Origin: Bacteroidales bacterium
GTDB lineage: Bacteria; Bacteroidota; Bacteroidia; Bacteroidales; VadinHA17
Length of the DNA stretch: 64,000 nucleotides
Assembly: GCA_035527935.1 (NCBI GenBank)
Contig: DATKZO010000022.1
Span: 76,666-140,665 of the forward strand
Reading direction: 5' to 3'
Shown piece after piece: positions 49,105-55,846 of the stretch (its first letter is position 1; each line of letters opens with the position of its first letter). The position numbers and the translations under genes are program-made. The notes beneath the pieces are model-generated. The model saw only the letters and a program-made list of their open reading frames with translations. It was not told the DNA's origin and did no database searches.

Positions 49105-49716
49105 TTAAAATGGAGTTGTGATCCTGTGTGATAACTGTATTCCAAAATCGTTTTCAACATATTCTATCAATTGCGGAAAAAATTCCATGAAATCATCGTT
49201 CAGACTATAATAACTCTTTTTCAGTGCTTTAATGGCGTGCCTCGATTCATTCGGAAGACTGGTGCGCTTACTGAGCGCTTTCAGAACGGTCCTTATTCCT
49301 TTGCTTGTCCTGTATGACTCAAGCCAGTTGTGAATAATAAAAAAGGGCATCCTCTCCTTAACCTTATCAGGCAACACATCATAATTGTTGACCATAGCCC
49401 TGTAAAACTGGTAGGTGATACTTTCAAGCGGTTTCCGGGAGTAATAGTCCCACTCACGGGTCAGAAAATGGTCGTACAGAATATCAACCACCACGCCTGC
49501 ATATTTATGATACCTGTTCAGAAAGGGGATTTTGCTTCGTTGCACTACAGGATGTGAATCGGTAAAAGCATCTATATTCCTGTGAAGGATAATACCTTTT
49601 CTTACCTGCTCAGAGTACTTCAGGTATTCACGACCCTTTACATAATCGCCAATATAATTGCCGATTATAATCTCATCAGAATCACCTGAAAGGTATATGT
49701 GAGCAAGAACATTCAT
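49105..49716 (-). CDS. acpH: acyl carrier protein phosphodiesterase (AcpH-like)
   Basis: MNVLAHIYLSGDS... resembles the AcpH N-terminus MNFLAHLHL. Start set at the second ATG. Confidence 0.75.
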   Translation of the reverse strand: MNVLAHIYLSGDSDEIIIGNYIGDYVKGREYLKYSEQVRKGIILHRNIDAFTDSHPVVQRSKIPFLNRYHKYAGVVVDILYDHFLTREWDYYSRKPLESITYQFYRAMVNNYDVLPDKVKERMPFFIIHNWLESYRTSKGIRTVLKALSKRTSLPNESRHAIKALKKSYYSLNDDFMEFFPQLIEYVENDFGIQLSHRITTPF

Positions 49717-49965
49717 ATCCTCATCCAAGATATAGTACGCTGAAAATAGCTAAATGTTTTTAGCCTCCCTAATATTTTCTTTAACATATTTGGGGGTATA
49801 GAGGGAAAGTAATATAATCGGCAGTCAGACAATAAGTTGCAGCATTATTTCATTAAATAAAAAAAACATTTCTTTACAAGGTTATTAGGCGTTAAAATTA
49901 TAAATTTGGAATTCATATTTCAATTGGACAAAAATAACTGAACTTTATTAAAAAAGGAGGACAAT

Positions 49966-51303
49966 ATGCCAAGTAAAAACGTCATTATTATTGGGGCCGC
50001 CGGAAGGGACTTTCATAATTTCAATACCTATTTCAGGGATAATGAAGATTATAATGTTGTTGCATTTACTGCAGCGCAGATACCGGATATAGATGGAAGA
50101 AAGTATCCGTCTGAACTGGCAGGGAAGCTTTACCCTGATGGTATTCCAATATTTTCTGAGTCTGATCTTCCTGAACTGATCAACAAGCTGAATGTTAGTG
50201 AATGTGTTTTTTCATATAGTGATGTAACTTACCAGAAGGTAATGTCGGTAAGCGCGGTTGTTAATGCTGCAGGGGCAAACTTTGTTTTACTTGGACCTGG
50301 TGATACTATGGTCAAAAGCAGCAAGCCCGTTATAGCTGTTGGTGCAGTTCGTACGGGTTGTGGGAAAAGCCAGACATCAAGAAGAATTATCGAGATACTA
50401 ATGAAAGAGGGGCTGAAGGTTGTAGCCATACGGCATCCTATGCCATATGGTGATCTGAATGCCCAGAAGGTGCAAAGATTTGCAGAGGTGAAAGATCTGG
50501 AGAAGCATAATTGTACGGTTGAGGAGATGGAAGAATATGAACCTCATATCGTCCGTGGAAATATCATTTATGCCGGGGTTGATTATGAAGCCATTCTCAG
50601 GGCTGCTGAAGATGATCCCGGGGGCTGTGATGTCATCCTGTGGGATGGCGGGAATAATGACTTTCCGTTCTACCAGCCTGATCTGATGGTCACTGTGGTC
50701 GATCCTCATCGTCCCGGACATGAACTTACCTACTACCCCGGGGAGGTAACGCTCAGGCTGGCTGATGTGGTGGTGATAAACAAGATCGATAGCGCTTCAC
50801 CCGGCGGCATACAGGAAGTCAGGGAAAGTATCGAAAAAGTTGCTCCAGGATCAGTTGTAATTGATGGTGCCTCCCCAATCAAAGTTGATGATCCGTCAGT
50901 AATAAAAGGTAAAAGAGTGCTTGTTATTGAAGACGGACCGACCCTGACTCACGGTGAAATGAAAATCGGAGCAGGAGTGGTGGCTGCAAGGAAATTTGGA
51001 GCATCAGAATTAATTGACCCCAGACCCTACACGGTAGGTAAGTTATCAGAGACGTTTAAAACCTATCCTGGAATTGGAACTTTATTGCCGGCAATGGGTT
51101 ATGGTGAAGAACAACTGAAAGACCTGGAAACAACGATCAATAATGCTGATTGTGATTCGGTGGTAATTGGCACGCCGATTGATCTAAACAGGATCATCAA
51201 CATAAAGAAACCAAATACCAGGGTTTACTATGATCTGCAGGAGATAGGTTATCCGGACCTCAAAGAGGTACTGGATGAGTTTATAGCAAAGCATAAATTA
51301 TAA
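49966..51303 (+). CDS. COG2403-family P-loop protein (predicted GTPase / cyclic 2,3-diphosphoglycerate synthetase-like)
   Basis: 445 aa. N-terminal Rossmann-like IIIGAAGRDFHNFN, then P-loop-like AVRTGCGKSQTS. AAGGAGG lies 5 nt upstream of the ATG. Confidence 0.65.
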   Translation: MPSKNVIIIGAAGRDFHNFNTYFRDNEDYNVVAFTAAQIPDIDGRKYPSELAGKLYPDGIPIFSESDLPELINKLNVSECVFSYSDVTYQKVMSVSAVVNAAGANFVLLGPGDTMVKSSKPVIAVGAVRTGCGKSQTSRRIIEILMKEGLKVVAIRHPMPYGDLNAQKVQRFAEVKDLEKHNCTVEEMEEYEPHIVRGNIIYAGVDYEAILRAAEDDPGGCDVILWDGGNNDFPFYQPDLMVTVVDPHRPGHELTYYPGEVTLRLADVVVINKIDSASPGGIQEVRESIEKVAPGSVVIDGASPIKVDDPSVIKGKRVLVIEDGPTLTHGEMKIGAGVVAARKFGASELIDPRPYTVGKLSETFKTYPGIGTLLPAMGYGEEQLKDLETTINNADCDSVVIGTPIDLNRIINIKKPNTRVYYDLQEIGYPDLKEVLDEFIAKHKL

Positions 51304-51325
51304 TCAAAAAGCTCAATTTCGGGCG

Positions 51326-52627
51326 TCAGATACCCGGTTTACCCAGGAGGGTGAACATATTCTTTTTATAAGTTTCAACCCCGGGCTGATCGAAAGGATT
51401 TACACCCAGCTCATATCCACTTACGGCACATGAGATCTCAAAGAAATAGAGTAACCGGCCAAGGGATTGTTCACTTACCTGTGGTAATATTATTCTGATA
51501 TTGGGAACACCTCCCTCAGTGTGGGCCATCAGGGTACCCTCTTCTGCTTTATGATTTACTTCCGATATCCTCTTACCCGCAATGTAATTTAACTTATCGA
51601 AATCATTACCATCGAAAGGGACTCTAAGATCATTATGAGATTTTTCAATTGATATTATGGTCTCGAAAAGAATTCTGGACCCATCCTGAATATACTGGCC
51701 CAGTGAGTGAAGGTCAGTGGTCATGTCAGCTGAAGAGGGGAAAATACCCTTGCCCTGCTTCCCTTCACTTTCACCGAAAAGCTGCTTCCACCACTCTGAA
51801 ACAAAATGTAATGATGGTTCGAAGTTGACTATCATCTCTACAGACATACCCTTTCGGTAAAGAAGATTTCTTACGGCGGAATAGATCAAAGCCGGATTGG
51901 TGGCCGGATGAGTAATATTATGTGTCCTTCCGGTTATCGATTTGGCACCATCTATCAGATCGTTAATATTGATTCCCGCGCATGCAACAGGCAATAGTCC
52001 TACCGGGGTAAACACTGAAAACCTTCCTCCAACATCATCGGGGATGATAAACGAATCATAACCCTCTCTGTCAGACAGCATTCTCAATGCACCCCTTTTT
52101 GCATCAGTGACCGCAATAATATGTTTTGCTGCAGAATCCTTGCCAATCTGCTCCTCCATCTGCTTCCTGAGAATCCTGAAGGCAATTGCCGGTTCGGTTG
52201 TAGTTCCCGATTTGGAGATCACTATCAGGTTAAATCTTTTTCCTTTGAGAAAACTTGAAAGATTAGACAGATAGTCCTCGCTAATATTTTGTCCTGCAAA
52301 TAATACCCGGTGACGGTCATATCTACCTGTATACTCAAATTCATTTTCAAGGGCATGGATAATTGCCTTGGCCCCAAGATATGAACCACCAATCCCAATT
52401 ACTACGGTAATTTCTGCCTGCGTTCTCAGTTTTGCAGCCGCCTCTTTGATCCTGCCCACCTGATCTTCAATCACATGGGGGAGTGTAACCCACCCTAAGA
52501 ATTCACTTCCGGCTGCCGTCCGGTTTAACACCGCTTCAAGATGAAAGGCTGAAGCGGCAGCACATGAAAGAATATCTTCCTCCTTAAGAAATGATAAACA
52601 GTTGCTATAATCTATTTTAAGTTCCAT
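51326..52627 (-). CDS. pgi: glucose-6-phosphate isomerase (short bacterial type)
   Basis: GIGGSYLG, ISKSGTTTEP, GGRFSV, ESEGK are PGI motifs. Confidence 0.95.
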   Translation of the reverse strand: MELKIDYSNCLSFLKEEDILSCAAASAFHLEAVLNRTAAGSEFLGWVTLPHVIEDQVGRIKEAAAKLRTQAEITVVIGIGGSYLGAKAIIHALENEFEYTGRYDRHRVLFAGQNISEDYLSNLSSFLKGKRFNLIVISKSGTTTEPAIAFRILRKQMEEQIGKDSAAKHIIAVTDAKRGALRMLSDREGYDSFIIPDDVGGRFSVFTPVGLLPVACAGININDLIDGAKSITGRTHNITHPATNPALIYSAVRNLLYRKGMSVEMIVNFEPSLHFVSEWWKQLFGESEGKQGKGIFPSSADMTTDLHSLGQYIQDGSRILFETIISIEKSHNDLRVPFDGNDFDKLNYIAGKRISEVNHKAEEGTLMAHTEGGVPNIRIILPQVSEQSLGRLLYFFEISCAVSGYELGVNPFDQPGVETYKKNMFTLLGKPGI

Positions 52628-52636
52628 CGCAGTGTT

Positions 52637-53635
52637 CTATTTTAGGATCTCTGTCATTTTCTCAACTTCCCTTGCAGGATTTGCTTTTTCATATAATATC
52701 CGATATACGGTATCAGCAATCGGCATATCAACTTTCAGTGTTTCATTGATCCTGTATATACACTCGGATGCGTAATATCCTTCAGCAACCATTATCATTT
52801 CCGCCCTTGCATACCTTACTGACGAGCCCTTGCCTATCATATTCCCGAACATACGGTTTCTGCTGAACTGTGAGTACCCTGTAACCAGCAGATCACCCAG
52901 GTATGCTGAGCTGGTTATATCACGGTTATTGGTATAAACAACATCAATAAACCTGTTCATCTCGGTTGCGGAATTGGCCAGCAACACTGCCAGAAAGTTA
53001 TCCCCATACCCCAATCCATGACAAATTCCTGCTGCAATAGCATAAATATTTTTTAGAACAGCTGCATACTCGGTCCCGAAAATATCATCTGAAACGATCG
53101 TCTTGAGATAGAAATTTCCCATTATTGATGCAAGTTTCTCAGCCTTTTCTTTCCGGAGTGCCGCAATCGTAAGATAGGAAAGTTTCTCCATGGCAATCTC
53201 CTCTGCGTGGGTTGGGCCGGTAAGGACAACCAGGTTCTCATAGGGCACATTATACTTCTTATTTAAGAATTCGCCCACTATCATATTATCCTCCGGGACT
53301 ATTCCCTTGATAGCTGTACAGACAATTTTCCCTGAGATGTCAACATTCAGCTTTTTAATGGTAGTCTTAAGAAATGCGGAGGGTACAACAAATATCAGGA
53401 TATCTGAAAGTAAAACAGCTCTGTTAATATTTCTGGTAAGAATCAACTTGTCAGTATCAAAATTTACTGCGCTGAGGTATGTAGGATTATGATTGTGTTT
53501 TCCTATGCTATCAATTATCTCTTTTTCCCGGATATACCATCCGATCTTCTCTGTATTTGAACTCAGCAGTTTTACTATTGCAGTTGCCCAGCTACCCGAA
53601 CCGATTACAGTTACATCTGCCTTTTCTTTTGTCAT
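52637..53635 (-). CDS. gpsA: NAD(P)H-dependent glycerol-3-phosphate dehydrogenase
   Basis: VIGSGSWATA and the GpsA core. Start moved to ATG 53635 because the TTG at 53656 overlaps a -7 box and sits 8 nt from a terminator. Confidence 0.93.
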   Translation of the reverse strand: MTKEKADVTVIGSGSWATAIVKLLSSNTEKIGWYIREKEIIDSIGKHNHNPTYLSAVNFDTDKLILTRNINRAVLLSDILIFVVPSAFLKTTIKKLNVDISGKIVCTAIKGIVPEDNMIVGEFLNKKYNVPYENLVVLTGPTHAEEIAMEKLSYLTIAALRKEKAEKLASIMGNFYLKTIVSDDIFGTEYAAVLKNIYAIAAGICHGLGYGDNFLAVLLANSATEMNRFIDVVYTNNRDITSSAYLGDLLVTGYSQFSRNRMFGNMIGKGSSVRYARAEMIMVAEGYYASECIYRINETLKVDMPIADTVYRILYEKANPAREVEKMTEILK

Positions 53636-53653
53636 TTTATACTGATTTTCAGG

Positions 53654-53661
53654 CAAAGGTA
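53654..53661 (-). promoter_or_regulatory. candidate -7 promoter box for gpsA-pgi
   Basis: Minus strand TACCTTTG (TAnnTTTG), 19 nt upstream of the ATG at 53635. Confidence 0.5.
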
Positions 53662-53663
53662 CG

Positions 53664-53694
53664 AAAAAAAGCCGCGCGGGAAATCCTGCACGGC
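53664..53694 (-). terminator. intrinsic terminator after the DUF2807 gene
   Basis: Minus strand GCCGTGC-aggatttccc-GCGCGGC (7 bp including one G-U) followed by TTTTTTT. Confidence 0.8.
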
Positions 53695-53729
53695 CTGATC
53701 TGATAGATGGAAGTATATATATAGATAGA

Positions 53730-54452
53730 CTATCTCTTTACAACATCACCTGCACTTGAAGACTTTGCATCGACATATTCAGGATTTCCCTGGTAATATA
53801 TGTCGCCTGCACTACTGGCTCTAGCCTTAAGTCTCTCAGTAACAGTGATTTTTACATCGCCTGCACTTGATGCACTTACATCGGCCTCCCTGACTGTAAG
53901 TTCATATCCCTTAATGTCACCCGCACTGGAGGTACTGGCTTCAAGGTAATCAGCCTCACCTGAGATTGTTATATCTCCGGAGCTGCTTGTACTCAGATAG
54001 AGTGTCTTGGCAGTAACCTCTATATTTACATCCCCGGCACTGCTTGTCGATACCTTCAAGTTATCGGCTTTTATGGGAGTCTGACCAATGACATCACCTG
54101 CACTTGAAGCTTTAATAAATTCAATTTCAGGCATAGTGACATGCACAATCATTGTCTTTTTTCCGGTAATAAAGACCTTATCAAGGTATACGTTCAGAGC
54201 ATCATCCTTTACCTCGGTAACAATATACTCGAGAAGGTTATCGTCGGCTTCAACGACTACATCAAAATTGTTTCCCTGAGTAAGATATATATCGACTGCA
54301 GTGGCAGTCTTAACCCCGGTAAAACCCTCTAAATTCCTGGTCTCGGTTTTTACATCACCACTACCGTTGATCCTCTTTTTTACCTGTGCTTCTGCCAGAT
54401 TAAAGGTTCCCATGCATATCAGCGTGATTAATACGATCTTGAGGCTTCTCAT
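53730..54452 (-). CDS. DUF2807 / head GIN domain protein (putative secreted beta-helix)
   Basis: Signal peptide plus seven S-S-[AS]-G-D-[IV] repeats at regular spacing. Confidence 0.8.
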   Translation of the reverse strand: MRSLKIVLITLICMGTFNLAEAQVKKRINGSGDVKTETRNLEGFTGVKTATAVDIYLTQGNNFDVVVEADDNLLEYIVTEVKDDALNVYLDKVFITGKKTMIVHVTMPEIEFIKASSAGDVIGQTPIKADNLKVSTSSAGDVNIEVTAKTLYLSTSSSGDITISGEADYLEASTSSAGDIKGYELTVREADVSASSAGDVKITVTERLKARASSAGDIYYQGNPEYVDAKSSSAGDVVKR

Positions 54453-54520
54453 TTTTTTCTGGTTTTAGTTCGACATGTTTATACAAAAGACACATAAAAA
54501 TGGTAAGTGTTGCATGATTT

Positions 54521-54630
54521 GGTTGATAAGGTTGATAAAGTATATTAAGTTGACAGGCCCACACTCGTCAAGTCTTGCGCCTCCGCTAAAGCTTCAGCGG
54601 CACGCGGACGGAGGAGACAGGTTGATAAGG
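54521..54630. repeat. GC-rich ~60-nt island bracketed by 11-bp direct repeats GGTTGATAAGG
   Basis: GGTTGATAAGG occurs at 54521-54531 and 54620-54630. GTTGA[TC]A[AG]G-like 9-mers also occur at 54531 and 54550. Internal stem CCTCCG...CGGAGG. Confidence 0.5.
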
Positions 54631-54710
54631 GAAATACAAATATATAACTAAATGGTAATAACCTCCTTCGTTGCTTCCACAAGCAGATAGGTCAACTGCC
54701 CGTAATCCAC

Positions 54711-54737
54711 CGGGCAGAACTCTGCCCGCTGTTTTTT
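54711..54737 (+). terminator. terminator-like hairpin (plus-strand sense), possibly bidirectional for sod
   Basis: CGGGCAG-aact-CTGCCCG followed by ctgTTTTTT. A third heptamer CTGCCCG at 54696-54702 can pair alternatively. Confidence 0.45.
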
Positions 54738-54750
54738 ATTACTTCCGGTA

Positions 54751-55467
54751 CTACCTTTCAAACCTCCTGTTTACCTCATCCCAGTTCACAACATTCCAGA
54801 ATGCCTCAATATAATCAGCTCTTTTGTTCTGATACTTCAGGTAATAGGCATGCTCCCAAACATCAAGTGTCAGGAGTGGGGCTCCCTGAAACGATGAAAC
54901 ATCCATCAATGGATTTTCCTGGTTCGGAGTGCTACCGACGGCAAGCTTTTTATCAGCTGTCATTACCAGCCAGGCCCATCCACTTCCAAATCTGGTGGCG
55001 GCGGCATTACTAAAAGTCTCTTTGAATTTTTCAAAGCTCCCGAAGGAAGACTCAATCTCTTTTAACAGCTCCTTAGAGGGTTTACTTTTTTCAGGGCTCA
55101 TATTATTCCAGAATAATGTATGATTGTAAAAACCACCACCATTATTTTTGACTCCTGCCGATAGCTTTGAAACACCTGCGAATATTTCACTGAAGGACTT
55201 ATCCTTCAGGTCGCTACCTTCAACATCGTTCATAAACTTGGTAAAGTATCCCCTGTGATGACGGTCATAATGGATCTCCATGGTCATTTTATCTATATAT
55301 GGCTCAAGGGAATCATATGAATATGCCAATTGCGGGAATACAAATTCATTACCTTTTGTAATAAAATCTTCAAATGTTGTCATTGTTTTTGCTCCTAATA
55401 TTTTGGTCGGGATTGAAGCTGCAACAACTCCAAATCCAACTGTGGTTATAAATTTTCTTCGCTCCAT
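54751..55467 (-). CDS. Fe/Mn superoxide dismutase with twin-arginine signal peptide
   Basis: MERRKFITTVGFGVVAAS is a Tat motif. FPQLAYSYDSLEPYIDKMTMEIHYDRHH and DVWEHAYY are SOD motifs. Confidence 0.95.
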   Translation of the reverse strand: MERRKFITTVGFGVVAASIPTKILGAKTMTTFEDFITKGNEFVFPQLAYSYDSLEPYIDKMTMEIHYDRHHRGYFTKFMNDVEGSDLKDKSFSEIFAGVSKLSAGVKNNGGGFYNHTLFWNNMSPEKSKPSKELLKEIESSFGSFEKFKETFSNAAATRFGSGWAWLVMTADKKLAVGSTPNQENPLMDVSSFQGAPLLTLDVWEHAYYLKYQNKRADYIEAFWNVVNWDEVNRRFER

Positions 55468-55631
55468 AAATAGCGCTTTTATAAGTTAAACAAAAAAAAG
55501 AACTAAATGTTTGGAGGTTGGGATTCAACTGTTTGGCAATGATAATAAAAAAGTGATATGATTCTCTTTCCCTGTGACGGATATTGAGCTTTGAACCAAT
55601 CTCTAAAATTCTTAACTAATAATAGTATCAG

Positions 55632-55647
55632 CAAATAATATTATTTG
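55632..55647. promoter_or_regulatory. perfect 16-bp AT-rich palindrome upstream of sod
   Basis: CAAATAATATTATTTG, immediately next to repeat copy 2. An operator function is speculative. Confidence 0.25.
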
Positions 55648-55761
55648 AATCCAGGCGAGCGCATTGGCTTCGAACTTCGCCCCGGTTCATCGGGGCTACG
55701 TCCGACGAAGTCGCCGAGCCCATAAACTCGGTTCCTCGCTGCTTGCTGCGAGGAGCTTCAA
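55647..55761. repeat. GC-rich structured intergenic repeat, copy 2
   Basis: Same orientation as 18133-18246, with about 8 differences over ~115 nt by manual alignment. Confidence 0.85.
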
Positions 55762-55846
55762 TAAACACTTATCTCAACCTGACAGTAAAGCAGTTAAAAG
55801 ATCTAGTATTACAGGATGAGGTATTTCTCATTCATATAAAATACAT

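Noticed and set aside
53741-54108. Exact 19-nt DNA repeat ACATCACCTGCACTTGAAG at ~53743 and ~54090
   Set aside because: Both copies lie inside the DUF2807 gene and encode its SSAGDV protein repeats, so this is not an independent DNA element.
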